From contig CAWDEM010000004.1 in NCBI GenBank assembly GCA_963801355.1, positions 1,593,279 through 1,657,278 on the forward strand: a DNA stretch of 64,000 bases, written 5' to 3'. The notes beneath the pieces were generated by a model. It saw only the letters and a list, made by a program, of their open reading frames with translations, had not been told where the DNA came from and searched no databases. Shown here piece by piece: positions 41,693 to 52,437 of the stretch (positions are counted from its first letter, which is position 1; each line of letters starts with the position of its first letter). The position numbers and the translations under genes were made by a program. This DNA is from Ignavibacteriota bacterium. Its GTDB lineage: Bacteria; Bacteroidota; Ignavibacteria; UBA10030; UBA6906.

Positions 41693-42430
41693 ATGGCATC
41701 GACAGAACGGCGGTTGCAGAAATCCCGCACCGATCGCATGATCGACGGTGTGTGCGGCGGCATCGCGGCGTATTTTGCGATTGACGCTACGCTTGTCCGC
41801 ATTGTCTGGGTGCTTATGACGTTGTTCGGCGGGTCCGGGGTGATACTGTACATCGCGGCTATGATTATCATGCCGAAGGAGGATTCGGCCTCCGCGCAAG
41901 AACCTCCCGCTGAAAAGAAGAAGCAAAACGATTCCAGGTTCTGGGGTATTCTCCTTGTCGTCATAGGCCTGTTCTGGCTGCTGGGCAATCTGGGAATTCC
42001 CGTCTGGCATCACTGGTGGGGGTTCCCCTGGCATTTTGCCTTTCCGCTTTTGCTGATTCTGGCCGGAGTGGCGTTCCTGTTTGGCGGCCGCTCCTACGTC
42101 TCGGCACAACCGGTGGTCTCCAACAGCCCGCAAACGGCATCCGGCGAAGCAGCCCCTTCCCCCGGTGAGGCAGCCCCTGCTCGCGGCGAAGCAGCGCCTT
42201 CCCCCGGTGCAACAGCGCCGGGTGAGGTCCGCCGCCTGTATCGTTCAATCACCGAAAAGAAGATCCTTGGCGTCTGCGGCGGGATCGGGGCGTATGTGAA
42301 TATCGATCCGGTGATTGTCCGTCTCCTGTTTGTTGTCGGCGCACTTGCTACATCCGGATTTGCCTTTATCGTCTATCTGTTGATGGGCCTCGTAGTCCCG
42401 AAAGAGCCGGCCCCTCTCGCAACGACGTGA
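41693..42430 (+). CDS. Membrane protein with two PspC domains and central LiaF-like TM region
   Basis: RLQKSRTDRMIDGVCGGIA and RLYRS..KILGVCGGIG; GEAAPSP repeat x3. Confidence 0.88.
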   Translation: MASTERRLQKSRTDRMIDGVCGGIAAYFAIDATLVRIVWVLMTLFGGSGVILYIAAMIIMPKEDSASAQEPPAEKKKQNDSRFWGILLVVIGLFWLLGNLGIPVWHHWWGFPWHFAFPLLLILAGVAFLFGGRSYVSAQPVVSNSPQTASGEAAPSPGEAAPARGEAAPSPGATAPGEVRRLYRSITEKKILGVCGGIGAYVNIDPVIVRLLFVVGALATSGFAFIVYLLMGLVVPKEPAPLATT

Positions 42431-42460
42431 TGTCAATAACAACCCGATGAGGAATGCGCG

Positions 42461-42973
42461 GTGAAAACACGGCCAGTCTGGTTGGGTATTGCTTTGATCG
42501 TGGTCGGGGCAGCCATGCTGCTCGACCACCTGCATTTCTTTGCGTTGAGCTGGTGGTTGGTCTTCTGGGCAACCGTGACGTTGGGTAGTGCGGTCATGGT
42601 CATCCGGAACACCCGGCGGCGGGAGGGAGGCATATTCTGGCTCACCATTTTGTTCTTCTTTGCCCTGTACAAAACCCTCCGGCAAATTGGCGCACTGGAG
42701 ATCCATGAGGAATGGGGGTTTCCGCTGCTCCTGGTGATTGCCGGCATCGGGATCGGTATCGTGGTGGCGGCACATCCTCAGCGATGGCATCTTCTTGTGC
42801 CGGCACTGACTCTCATCGCCGCCGGCGGCGCCATGCTGCTTGCGGAATTCGATGTTCTTCCCGTGTGGGAGGTGCGGAGCGCGGTGAGCAGCTACTGGCC
42901 TGTGGCGGTTTTGCTGTTCGGTGCGGCGATGCTGCTGAATGGCTTCCAGTGGAAGAAGGGTGGGACTGCCTAA
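42461..42973 (+). CDS. LiaF/DUF5668-like membrane protein
   Basis: Repeated 'GIALIVVG..LL / WPV.VLLFG' TM pattern; follows PspC gene. Confidence 0.65.
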   Translation: MKTRPVWLGIALIVVGAAMLLDHLHFFALSWWLVFWATVTLGSAVMVIRNTRRREGGIFWLTILFFFALYKTLRQIGALEIHEEWGFPLLLVIAGIGIGIVVAAHPQRWHLLVPALTLIAAGGAMLLAEFDVLPVWEVRSAVSSYWPVAVLLFGAAMLLNGFQWKKGGTA

Positions 42974-42988
42974 AAGGGACGCGAGGCC

Positions 42989-45847
42989 TCAGTGCGCCTC
43001 GAGCCAGTTTTTCCCGATTCCCACATCAACCTTCACCGGAACACACAACGGAAGGGCTTGCTGCATCGCGGAGGTGATGAGTGCGACGCTCTTTTCGGTC
43101 TCACCCGCCGGAACCTCGAACACCAACTCGTCATGTACCTGCAGCAGCATCCGGCCGCGAAGACCTTCTTCCGGAAACTTCCGGTGAACGGTGATCATCG
43201 CCAGCTTGATCATGTCAGCCGCGGTTCCCTGGATGGGCATGTTGATAGCCTGCCGTTCTGCATTTCCCCTGGTGTTCTGATTCTTGCTGTTGATGTCGGG
43301 CAGAAAACGCCGGCGTCCGAGGAGTGTCTGGACATATCCGCGTGACTGTGCGCCGGCTATGGTATCAGAAATGTACTGCTTCACCTTCGGGAAACGCTGG
43401 AAATAGCGGTTGATGATCTCCCGTGCTTCGTTCTGGCTGATGCCCAGGCGATTGGCCAGACCGAACGGACCGATGCCGTACATGATCCCGAAGTTCACTT
43501 CCTTGGCCTTCCGCCTCATCTCTTTCGTCACCTCTTCAGCACGGACTCCGAACACCTTCGCCGCGGTGGAGGCGTGGATATCCTCATCGTGCAGGAACGC
43601 CTCCACCAGAGCCTCATCTTCACTGATATGCGCCATCACCCTCAGTTCAATCTGCGAGTAGTCCGCCGAGAGTATGCGCATGCCTTCGTCACGCGGGACA
43701 AACGCTCCGCGGATGGCGCGCCCCATCTCGGTCCGGATGGGAATGTTCTGCAGGTTCGGATCGCTTGACGAAAGCCGTCCCGTTGCCGTGACGGTCTGAT
43801 TGTAGGAGGTGTGCACCCGTCCGGTTTCGGGATGGATCAACGCCGGCAGTGCGTCCACATACGTCGACTTCAACTTGCTCATCTGCCGGTACTCAAGAAG
43901 GGCGTCGACGATCGGATGTTGCCCCTGAAGCGCCTCAAGCACGCCGACATCGGTCGAGAATCCGGTCTTGGTCTTCCTGAACGGGGGGAGTCCGAGCTTG
44001 TTGAACAGCACATCGGCAAGCTGCTGTGTGGAGTTGATGTTGAAGGGTGTACCGGCGTGTATGTGGATGTTCGAGACGAGCCTGCCGAGGATGCGGTCGA
44101 TTGCTACCGACATCTCCCGGAGTTTTGCGACGTCAAGCCGCACGCCGTCGTACTCCATGTCCGCGAGCACATCGATGAGCGGAAACTCCATGCGATCGCA
44201 GAGTTCATCGAGATGATTCGCCTGCAGCTGTGCACGCTGGTGATGATACAGGCGCATGGTAAAATCCGCGTCTTCGGCCGAGTAGTCGGCCAGCCGCTCG
44301 AGCGGCACCGCGGTGATCAGCTTACGATTCTTGCCGGTATCGACCAGTTCGTCGTACGATACCATGACATAGTTGAACGCGTCCAGCGCCAGGGCGTCAA
44401 GCGTATGCTGGGCGTCAGCGCGCAGGACGTAGCCCGCAACCATGGTATCGAAGTGCACACCTTGCACATGCACACCGTGCCGCCGCAACACGAGCATATC
44501 ATACTTGGCATTCTGGGCGATCTTGCGGACTGCCGGATTCTCAAGGATCGGCCGCAGATGGTCAAGAACCAGCGTGCGCTCCAGCGCACCCGCCGTGTTG
44601 TCGAATCCGGCCGTCCCCCCGTCGCCCGCAAAGAGCTCCGACGCCGATGCCGGTGGAGGTAATTGAACCGGGACATACCAGGCTTCCCGGGGGGCCACGG
44701 CAAACGAACAGCCCACAAGCCGGGCAGCCAACGGATCGGTGGAGGTTGTTTCAGTATCGAATGCGATGACGTCGGACTTCTCGAGTATGCGACACAGCGC
44801 TTGAAGGTCTGGCACGGTCGTCACACAATGGTACGCGTGCTGGTCGGAGCGGATACTCGTGGAAGACATGGGATGTGTCACCACCCCGGCGGGAGGTGCC
44901 GTGGTGGAATCTGCCATCTCCCGGGGAGCCGGCGCATCTTCGTTCCGGCCCGATGCCCAAATCTTCCGGACCCGCTCCGCAAGGCTCTTGAATTCGAGTT
45001 GTTCGAACAGACGCAAGACCGCCTGCAGGTCCGGTGCCTGGGCACGAAGATTGTGAAAATCCACGGCAAGGGGAACGGTAGTATCAATCGTGACAAGCTT
45101 CTTCGACAGCAGCGCCATCGTTTTGTCGCGGGCGAGTTTTTCCCGGATCCCTTTCTGGGGGATCCTGTCGATTGCCGCGTAAATCTCTTCGACAGACCCG
45201 AACTGTTGCACCAGAGGAATTGCGGTCTTCTCACCGATTCCGGCCACGCCCGGCACATTGTCTGTCTTATCGCCCATGAGAGCGAGCACGTCGATCACTC
45301 TGTCTGGAGCCACGCCGAACTTCTCCATGACGCCCCGTTCGTCCACCTCTTCCATCTCGGATACGTTCTTGCCGGGGCGGAGGAGATGGATATGCGGTGA
45401 GATCAGCTGCATCATGTCTTTGTCGCCGGTCACGAGAAACGTCTTCACCCCTTCCGACTCCGCGCGGCGTGCGAGTGTTCCCATGATGTCATCCGCTTCG
45501 AAGCCGGGGAGTTCGACGACTGGCGTGTTGAAGGCCCGGACCACGTCTTTCAGTTTCGAGAGTTGAGGAACCATGTCCTCGGGCATCGCCTCGCGATTGG
45601 CTTTGTAGTCAGGGTACGCCTCGTGCCGGAAGGTGGGTTCCTTTGTATCGAACGCGACGGCGATGTGATCGGGACGGTCCTCGGTGAGAATCTTCATCAG
45701 TGTCGTCGCAAATCCGTAGATGGCGCTGGTATTTTCCCCGCGGCTGTTACGCAGCGGTCGCGCGATCATGGAATAGTAGGCGCGGTACGCCAGCGCCATG
45801 CCGTCGAGCAGATAGAGCCGTTCCGGTGTTGCCATGCGGTCACTCAT
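42989..45847 (-). CDS. polA: DNA polymerase I
   Basis: 5'-3' exo LLDG..YRAY; 3'-5' exo FDTET; polymerase SADYSQIELR, AKEVNFGIMYG, QVHDELVF. Confidence 0.97.
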   Translation of the reverse strand: MSDRMATPERLYLLDGMALAYRAYYSMIARPLRNSRGENTSAIYGFATTLMKILTEDRPDHIAVAFDTKEPTFRHEAYPDYKANREAMPEDMVPQLSKLKDVVRAFNTPVVELPGFEADDIMGTLARRAESEGVKTFLVTGDKDMMQLISPHIHLLRPGKNVSEMEEVDERGVMEKFGVAPDRVIDVLALMGDKTDNVPGVAGIGEKTAIPLVQQFGSVEEIYAAIDRIPQKGIREKLARDKTMALLSKKLVTIDTTVPLAVDFHNLRAQAPDLQAVLRLFEQLEFKSLAERVRKIWASGRNEDAPAPREMADSTTAPPAGVVTHPMSSTSIRSDQHAYHCVTTVPDLQALCRILEKSDVIAFDTETTSTDPLAARLVGCSFAVAPREAWYVPVQLPPPASASELFAGDGGTAGFDNTAGALERTLVLDHLRPILENPAVRKIAQNAKYDMLVLRRHGVHVQGVHFDTMVAGYVLRADAQHTLDALALDAFNYVMVSYDELVDTGKNRKLITAVPLERLADYSAEDADFTMRLYHHQRAQLQANHLDELCDRMEFPLIDVLADMEYDGVRLDVAKLREMSVAIDRILGRLVSNIHIHAGTPFNINSTQQLADVLFNKLGLPPFRKTKTGFSTDVGVLEALQGQHPIVDALLEYRQMSKLKSTYVDALPALIHPETGRVHTSYNQTVTATGRLSSSDPNLQNIPIRTEMGRAIRGAFVPRDEGMRILSADYSQIELRVMAHISEDEALVEAFLHDEDIHASTAAKVFGVRAEEVTKEMRRKAKEVNFGIMYGIGPFGLANRLGISQNEAREIINRYFQRFPKVKQYISDTIAGAQSRGYVQTLLGRRRFLPDINSKNQNTRGNAERQAINMPIQGTAADMIKLAMITVHRKFPEEGLRGRMLLQVHDELVFEVPAGETEKSVALITSAMQQALPLCVPVKVDVGIGKNWLEAH

Positions 45848-47066
45848 TTGCCGTTCGTGGTTCCGGTGCCGTTGTGGGGGCGGCAGGTGTGGCGTCAAGG
45901 TATCGCCAGACCGCGGTACCCATGGCCACAAGCAGGATACTGTTCGCGATGAAGGCGGCGCTGATGCCGTAGTGGCCGGCGATGAACCCGCCGAGAGTGG
46001 GTCCAATAAGGTTGCCCAGAACAGACATGCTCGAAGCGATGGCCATCATGCCTCCCTGCCGATCGGCCGGAGCATACAGACCGGTGAGGGCATAAAGTGC
46101 CGGCAGGATTCCTCCGCGGGCAAACCCGAGAAACGCACGCAGGGCGCCAAGCTGGTAGAGGTCCTGTACGAGAAGATGTCCGGCATAACAAAGACCGACA
46201 ATGACGAAAGCGAGCGCGAGATTCTTCCGCTGGCCTTTCCGGTCATTGCGCTTCCCCCACCACGGTGCGGAAACGACCATGAACAACCCGGCAATCGAAA
46301 AAATGCCGCCGGCTATTGTTGAAATGTACTTCGAGTCGGTGCTGAACCCTTCGATAAAAAGTGCGAAGATCGGTTCCACCATCAGCACGGAAACCTGGCC
46401 GACGACGAGGCAGATGGCAATAAGGCGTAGTCTCCGGTCGGTCATCATGAGCCGGAGGTTTTCCCGGACTGTGTACGTCCTCTTTGTCTCTGTAGTAGGT
46501 GCCGGCTCGGTGACGAGGAAGATGACTATGAATCCCGCGATTGTGCAGAAAGCGGCGGTGATGAAGAATACCGGGCGGTAGCCGAACAGATCAGCCAGTA
46601 CTCCGCCGAAGAAAGGACCGAACACCATGCCTCCAGCCGACGCGGATTGCATGAGGCCCATCGCGTATCCCATCCGTTCCTTCGGCGTGGTCGTCGAAAC
46701 CAGGGCGAGCGTGGCTGCGATGAATCCGCTGATCGCTCCCTGCAAGACGCGGAACATCAACAGCTGCACCACATCCTGCGCAAATCCCATGAGTAGCTGT
46801 GAGAGTGCGAGTCCGAAGATCGCACGGATGACCATTGTCCTTCTTCCGTAACGGTCGCCCAGTGTTCCCCAGAGAGGGGTGGCGATGAAAGAGAGTACGA
46901 ACGGTCCGGCAAAGACCAGGCCGCTCCAGCGTGCAAGTTCGTTTGGATCGGTGATGCCGAGTGAGCGGATGAAAAAAGGGAGAAACGGGACAACGAGGTT
47001 CATGCCGAGCATGGCAAGGAACTGCGTGCCCCAGAGTACGTAGAGGTTCTTGCGCCAATGTTCCAT
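45840..47066 (-). CDS. MFS transporter (MdtG-like)
   Basis: WGTLGDRYGRR motif A, about 12 TMs. Confidence 0.92.
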   Translation of the reverse strand: MEHWRKNLYVLWGTQFLAMLGMNLVVPFLPFFIRSLGITDPNELARWSGLVFAGPFVLSFIATPLWGTLGDRYGRRTMVIRAIFGLALSQLLMGFAQDVVQLLMFRVLQGAISGFIAATLALVSTTTPKERMGYAMGLMQSASAGGMVFGPFFGGVLADLFGYRPVFFITAAFCTIAGFIVIFLVTEPAPTTETKRTYTVRENLRLMMTDRRLRLIAICLVVGQVSVLMVEPIFALFIEGFSTDSKYISTIAGGIFSIAGLFMVVSAPWWGKRNDRKGQRKNLALAFVIVGLCYAGHLLVQDLYQLGALRAFLGFARGGILPALYALTGLYAPADRQGGMMAIASSMSVLGNLIGPTLGGFIAGHYGISAAFIANSILLVAMGTAVWRYLDATPAAPTTAPEPRTANE

Positions 47067-47178
47067 GGATACAAAAGGTACCGAATATGACGGGGATTTC
47101 CAAGACTACGATTTGGAGTGGAACCTCTGACCTTCCGAATGGGTTCATACCTCAGACCTATTCTCAACGGGAGATACT

Positions 47179-47958
47179 ATGAAGACTCTGGCGGTAATGC
47201 TCGCATTGGTGTTTGTTGCTTCCGGCGTGAAGGCAAGTGTGAAGATTGAGCCGGTCGAATACAGGCAGGGTTCTACGGTTCTTGAAGGCTACATTGCTTA
47301 CGACGCGAGTGTCAAGACGCCGCGGCCGGGCGTGGTGATTGTGCACGATTGGATGGGCGTCAGCGATTATGTGAAAATGAGGGCGGAGCAGATTGTGAAG
47401 CTCGGGTACGTCGCGTTTGTTGCCGATATATACGGAAAGGGCGTTCGTCCGAAGAACCAGCAGGAAGCATCGGAGCAGGCCGGAAAATTCAGGGCTGATC
47501 GCAGCTTGATGCGTGCCCGTGCTCAGGCGGCTGTCGACGAGTTCAAGAAGCGGAGCGTGGTAGATCCGAAGAGGCTGGCGGCGATGGGGTATTGCTTTGG
47601 CGGCGGAGTGGCGCTGGAGCTGGCCCGGAGTGGGGCAGATCTCGCGGGCGTGATTAGTTTCCATGGCAACCTGGACACACCGAATCCGGAAGATGCGAAG
47701 AAGATCAAAGGGAGTGTGCTGGTATTGCACGGCGCCGATGACCCCTTTGTCAAGGCCGAAGTCGTTCAAGCGTTTCAGGACGAGATGCGAAATGCCAAAG
47801 TGGATTGGCAATTTGTCTCCTACGGGGGCGCCGTACACGCCTTCACGCAAGCAGGCGCGGGCGACGATCCCTCAAAGGGCGCTGCCTACAATGCACGGGC
47901 AGACAAACGTTCATTCGAAGAAATGACGCGCTTTCTCAGGGAGATTTTCGGGAAGTGA
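47179..47958 (+). CDS. Dienelactone hydrolase family protein, secreted
   Basis: GYCFGG nucleophile, HGADDP, HAFT; signal peptide. Confidence 0.92.
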   Translation: MKTLAVMLALVFVASGVKASVKIEPVEYRQGSTVLEGYIAYDASVKTPRPGVVIVHDWMGVSDYVKMRAEQIVKLGYVAFVADIYGKGVRPKNQQEASEQAGKFRADRSLMRARAQAAVDEFKKRSVVDPKRLAAMGYCFGGGVALELARSGADLAGVISFHGNLDTPNPEDAKKIKGSVLVLHGADDPFVKAEVVQAFQDEMRNAKVDWQFVSYGGAVHAFTQAGAGDDPSKGAAYNARADKRSFEEMTRFLREIFGK

Positions 47959-47961
47959 GGC

Positions 47962-48102
47962 GAGGGGTCAGACCCCTCATGCACGATTTGGGGACAAGGG
48001 TCTGACCCCACATGCACGATTCTGGGATGGGGGTCTGACCTCACATGTTCGATTTTGGGTATAGGGGTCTGAGATAAGGGTCGGAGGTAGGGGTCGGAAC
48101 CC
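47962..48102. repeat. Degenerate ~33-bp repeats with GGGGTC(A/T)GACCCC palindromic core (REP-like)
   Basis: Cores centred at 47970, 48003, 48036, 48070, decaying rightwards. Confidence 0.8.
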
Positions 48103-48212
48103 ACTGGGGTTGATAACTTGTGGCAATACTGCTATCTTAGGGTGTTCTTCAGGAACTCAACCCCCTGTAGTTTTGTTATATAAGTGCGCAAGGAAGCGCA
48201 TTTTTGTTGGCC

Positions 48213-48239
48213 TAAAGTCGGACTGATTTAGTCCTATTA
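48213..48239 (+). promoter_or_regulatory. IscR/Rrf2-type operator
   Basis: GGACT-GATTT-AGTCC inverted repeat at 48220-48234 just upstream of the Rrf2 ATG. Confidence 0.65.
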
Positions 48240-48245
48240 TCAAAT

Positions 48246-48650
48246 ATGGTACGCCTCTCAAAAAAAGTCGAATATGGGCTCATTGCTCTCCGTCACATGG
48301 CTGCAAGGCCTGCCGGGGAGATCTCTACCGCGAAGGAAGTCGCCGACCGGTATGGAGTTCCTTTCGATCTGCTCGCAAAGGTTCTGCAGCGTCTTGGGAA
48401 GGCAGGTCTCATCACTTCGCATCAAGGGATGAGGGGTGGTTATTCTCTTGCCAAAGACCCCCGTGAAATTCCGGTATCGATGATCATTCATGCGATCGAG
48501 GGGAGTGCCCCTGTCATAACGCAATGTCTGGCGGACGGGCCGCAGAGCTGTGAGGTGTTCGAGGCGTGCACCATCAAGTCACCGATGACCAAGGTACAGG
48601 CAAACATCGAACGCGCATTCCACGATATGACGCTTTCGGAAATTGTGTGA
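48246..48650 (+). CDS. Rrf2-family Fe-S regulator (IscR-like)
   Basis: LSKKVEYGL, GMRGGYSL, three Cys (C-x7-C-x5-C). Confidence 0.9.
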   Translation: MVRLSKKVEYGLIALRHMAARPAGEISTAKEVADRYGVPFDLLAKVLQRLGKAGLITSHQGMRGGYSLAKDPREIPVSMIIHAIEGSAPVITQCLADGPQSCEVFEACTIKSPMTKVQANIERAFHDMTLSEIV

Positions 48651-48654
48651 CACC

Positions 48655-49860
48655 ATGAGACTCCCTGTCTATCTCGACAACCACGCAACGACGCCGGTAG
48701 ATCCCCGGGTGCTTGACGCAATGTTGCCGTATTTCACGGAGCACTTTGGCAACGCCGCCAGCAAAACCCATGAGTATGGCTGGATGGCGGAAGCCGCAGT
48801 GGACGTCGCCCGCGGAGAGGTCGCCCGGATCATCGGCGCGGAGAGCGAGGAAATTGTATTCACGAGCGGAGCCACCGAGTCGGTGAACCTGGCGATCAAG
48901 GGTGTGGTTGAAGGGCACCGTCGCAGGACCGGCCGGGAAGAGATGCATCTTGTGACGGCGGCAACTGAACACCACGCAGTTCTCGACACCTGTACTGCCC
49001 TCGAACGGTCCGGCATCCGCTGTACGGTGCTCCCCGTCGACCGGTTCGGACTTGTCGATCCTGATGCGCTGGCCCGGGCCATCGAGGTGGACACGGTGCT
49101 CGTGAGCGTCATGTGGGCGAATAATGAGATCGGTACCATCGCACCGATGGCGGAGATCGCGGCAGTGTGCCGGGAGAAAGGCGTGTTGCTTCACACCGAT
49201 GCAACACAAGCCGTTGGCAAGATCGCAATCGACACCAAGAGTATTCCGGTGAGCCTTCTCTCCTTCAGCGCCCACAAGATGTACGGCCCGAAAGGGATCG
49301 GTGCGCTCTTTGTAAGAAGAAGTGGCGGCCGGATTGACGTTGCATCTCAAATGGACGGAGGTGGGCACGAACGGGGTATGCGTTCGGGTACTCTGAATGT
49401 ACCGGCGATAGTGGGATTTGGGAAAGCAGCGCGGCTGGCTATGAGCGAGATGGAGGACGATGCAAAGCGGATGACAGGCTTGCGGGAACTTCTCGAACGC
49501 CTGATCCTTAACGCGCTTCCCGGAATCCGAATCAACGGCCATCCTGTCGAACGACTGGCCGGCAATGCAAGCATCACATTCCCTGGCAAGCGTGCCGACG
49601 CCATGATTCTTGCGATGAAAGATGTCGCTGTATCCACCGGTTCCGCATGCAGTTCCGCGGTCCAGGAGCCTTCTCACGTATTGCGGGCGATCGGGTTGCC
49701 GACCGCCGATGTTGCTGCAACCCTGCGATTCGGGCTGGGCCGGTTCACCACCGAAGAAGAAGTGGTGTATGCTGCACGCCGCATTGCTGAGGTCGGAGGA
49801 CGGACCACTGCGGCAGGGGAAGTATTGTACGCATTCGCAAATCAGGGGAAATACCAATGA
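48655..49860 (+). CDS. iscS: Group I cysteine desulfurase
   Basis: YLDNHATTP, SAHKMYGPKG, STGSACSS. Confidence 0.92.
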   Translation: MRLPVYLDNHATTPVDPRVLDAMLPYFTEHFGNAASKTHEYGWMAEAAVDVARGEVARIIGAESEEIVFTSGATESVNLAIKGVVEGHRRRTGREEMHLVTAATEHHAVLDTCTALERSGIRCTVLPVDRFGLVDPDALARAIEVDTVLVSVMWANNEIGTIAPMAEIAAVCREKGVLLHTDATQAVGKIAIDTKSIPVSLLSFSAHKMYGPKGIGALFVRRSGGRIDVASQMDGGGHERGMRSGTLNVPAIVGFGKAARLAMSEMEDDAKRMTGLRELLERLILNALPGIRINGHPVERLAGNASITFPGKRADAMILAMKDVAVSTGSACSSAVQEPSHVLRAIGLPTADVAATLRFGLGRFTTEEEVVYAARRIAEVGGRTTAAGEVLYAFANQGKYQ

Positions 49861-50141
49861 AACCGGTAGAGACTGTACTGAACAATGAACGGGATGTGCT
49901 AGTACACTTGAAGGAACGCTTCCCGGTTTTTCATCTCTCGAACATTTTTTTCCGGGATATTCAGTTTGGCATTCAATCCTACCTGCAGGGGCGCAATCTG
50001 AAGGTCGATTACCGGCTCGCGGAAGATATTGCACATCAGTTCATCGCGCAACTTGAGCGGGAAAACATCCTCCGGCGGATTGACCGGCAGACCTGGATGG
50101 TGCACCTCGAAGAGTTCAAAACACCGCCGGTAAAGAAATGA
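49857..50141 (+). CDS. Hypothetical 94-aa protein, translationally coupled between iscS and sufB
   Basis: ATGA overlap with iscS stop and overlap with sufB start. Confidence 0.75.
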   Translation: MKPVETVLNNERDVLVHLKERFPVFHLSNIFFRDIQFGIQSYLQGRNLKVDYRLAEDIAHQFIAQLERENILRRIDRQTWMVHLEEFKTPPVKK

Positions 50142-51583
50142 GCACCGAACAGTCGACAATAGAAGAACTCGCGAACCGGGAGTACAAGTACGGGTTCGTT
50201 ACTGACGTAGAGGCCGAGGCTGTACCGCGCGGGTTGAATGAAGACATCGTCCGGTTGATATCTGCGAAGAAGCATGAACCGGAGTGGCTGTTGGAGTGGC
50301 GCTTGAAGGCGTTCCGGAACTGGCGGACCATGACGGAACCCAGTTGGTCGAACGTCCATTATCCCGAAATCGATTATCAGGACATGATTTACTATTCGGC
50401 CCCGAAGCGGAAGGACCGCCTGAAGAGTCTCGATGACATAGATCCCGAGATCCTGAAAACCTATGAAAAGCTGGGCATCCCGCTATCGGAACGTGCGCAG
50501 CTTGCGGGTGTTGCCGTTGATGCGGTGTTCGACAGCGTTTCAGTTGCCACCACATTCAAAGGCAAGCTGAAGGAGCTGGGCATTATCTTCTGCTCATTTT
50601 CCGAAGCGGTGCACGAGCATCCAGATCTCGTGAAGAAATACCTCGGCTCGGTGGTTCCGTACAACGACAACTACTTCGCGGCGCTGAATTCGGCCGTATT
50701 CAGCGACGGGTCGTTTGTATACATCCCCAAGGGGGTAAGGTGTCCGATGGAGCTCTCGACGTATTTCCGCATCAACGCTGCGGAAACGGGTCAATTCGAG
50801 CGTACGCTGATTGTTGCCGATGAGGGCGCCTATGTGAGTTACCTGGAGGGGTGCACGGCCCCCATACGCGACGAGAATCAGCTCCATGCCGCGGTGGTGG
50901 AGCTCGTTGCCATGGATAATGCGCAGGTGAAGTACTCCACGGTGCAGAACTGGTATCCCGGCGACAAAGACGGCAAGGGTGGGATCTACAACTTTGTGAC
51001 CAAGCGCGGCAAGTGTGCGGGCGTGAACTCCAAGATTTCGTGGACGCAGGTGGAAACCGGTTCCGCAATCACCTGGAAGTACCCGAGCGTTCTGCTGATC
51101 GGCGACAATGCGGTCGGGGAGTTCTACTCCGTTGCGGTGACCAACAACCGCCAGCAAGCCGACACGGGGTCGAAGATGATACACATCGGGAAGAACACGC
51201 GTAGCACGATCGTCTCGAAAGGCATCTCCGCAGGGCACGGTCAGAATTCGTATCGCGGACTGGTCTCGGTCAAGAAGAATGCCGTCAACGCGCGGAATTT
51301 CTCGCAGTGCGATTCATTGCTCCTGGGCGACAAGTGCGGAGCACACACCTTCCCGTACATCGAGGTGAAAAACACCAGTTCGCGCGTCGAGCACGAGGCA
51401 TCCACTTCAAAGATCGGCGAAGACCAGATTTTCTACTGCAAACAGCGCGGACTTTCGACCGAAGATGCGGTGAACCTCATCGTGAACGGCTTCTGCAAAG
51501 AAGTCTTCAGGGAATTGCCGATGGAGTTCGCGGTCGAAGCGCAGAAACTTCTTGGCGTCAGCCTTGAAGGCAGCGTCGGATGA
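50138..51583 (+). CDS. sufB: Fe-S assembly scaffold SufB
   Basis: [28 protein letters not shown]. Confidence 0.98.
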   Translation: MSTEQSTIEELANREYKYGFVTDVEAEAVPRGLNEDIVRLISAKKHEPEWLLEWRLKAFRNWRTMTEPSWSNVHYPEIDYQDMIYYSAPKRKDRLKSLDDIDPEILKTYEKLGIPLSERAQLAGVAVDAVFDSVSVATTFKGKLKELGIIFCSFSEAVHEHPDLVKKYLGSVVPYNDNYFAALNSAVFSDGSFVYIPKGVRCPMELSTYFRINAAETGQFERTLIVADEGAYVSYLEGCTAPIRDENQLHAAVVELVAMDNAQVKYSTVQNWYPGDKDGKGGIYNFVTKRGKCAGVNSKISWTQVETGSAITWKYPSVLLIGDNAVGEFYSVAVTNNRQQADTGSKMIHIGKNTRSTIVSKGISAGHGQNSYRGLVSVKKNAVNARNFSQCDSLLLGDKCGAHTFPYIEVKNTSSRVEHEASTSKIGEDQIFYCKQRGLSTEDAVNLIVNGFCKEVFRELPMEFAVEAQKLLGVSLEGSVG

Positions 51584-51659
51584 GCAAGGGATAAATGGAA
51601 GATTGAGGAATGAAGGCTGAAGGTAGGGGGTTATTAACAGACTTGTAAGGAAAGTGCAC

Positions 51660-52415
51660 ATGCTTTACATCAAAGACCTCCATGCGGAGGTCAACGGCAA
51701 TCAGATCCTCAACGGCGTGAACTTGCAGGTAAATGCAGGTGAGGTGCACGCCATCATGGGCCCCAACGGCTCGGGAAAGAGCACTCTCGCGGGCGTGCTT
51801 GCGGGACGTGAGACCTATCACGTTACCGCAGGAGAAGTCCTCTACCAGGGGCAGAACCTCCTGGAGATGGACCCCGAAGAACGGGCGCGCGAAGGTCTGT
51901 TTTTGGCCTTTCAATATCCCGTTGAGATCCCCGGCGTGAGCAACACGTATTTTCTCAAGGCGGCGCTCAATGCCATCCGCAAACATCGTGGATTGGAAGA
52001 ACTGGACGCCGTGGAATTTCTGCAGCTCGTGAAGCAAAAGCTGAAAATCGTGGACCTGGATGCTGAATTGCTCAACCGTCCCGTGAATGAAGGCTTTTCA
52101 GGTGGCGAGAAGAAACGCAACGAGATTTTTCATATGGCGGTGCTCGAGCCCAAACTGGCGATACTGGATGAGACCGATTCGGGTCTTGACATCGATGCGC
52201 TGCGCATTGTAGCGGAAGGCGTGAACCGCATTCGCTCGAAAGAGAACGCCATCATTCTGGTGACGCATTACCAGAGACTGCTGAACTACATCGAGCCGGA
52301 CTTTGTCCACGTGCTCGTGGATGGCCGCATCGTGAAGTCGGGAGGAAAAGAACTGGCGTTGGAACTAGAGGAACGCGGGTACGATTGGGTCAAAGAACTC
52401 TCCATAGATAATTGA
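51660..52415 (+). CDS. sufC: Fe-S assembly ATPase SufC
   Basis: [28 protein letters not shown]. Confidence 0.98.
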   Translation: MLYIKDLHAEVNGNQILNGVNLQVNAGEVHAIMGPNGSGKSTLAGVLAGRETYHVTAGEVLYQGQNLLEMDPEERAREGLFLAFQYPVEIPGVSNTYFLKAALNAIRKHRGLEELDAVEFLQLVKQKLKIVDLDAELLNRPVNEGFSGGEKKRNEIFHMAVLEPKLAILDETDSGLDIDALRIVAEGVNRIRSKENAIILVTHYQRLLNYIEPDFVHVLVDGRIVKSGGKELALELEERGYDWVKELSIDN

Positions 52416-52437
52416 CGGCGAAAAAAGAGAATCGACA

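Noticed and set aside
47962-48102. Possible CRISPR array
   Set aside because: Period only 33-34 nt, spacers similar to each other, no cas genes
48574-50034. 486-aa minus-strand ORF
   Set aside because: Antisense shadow of iscS
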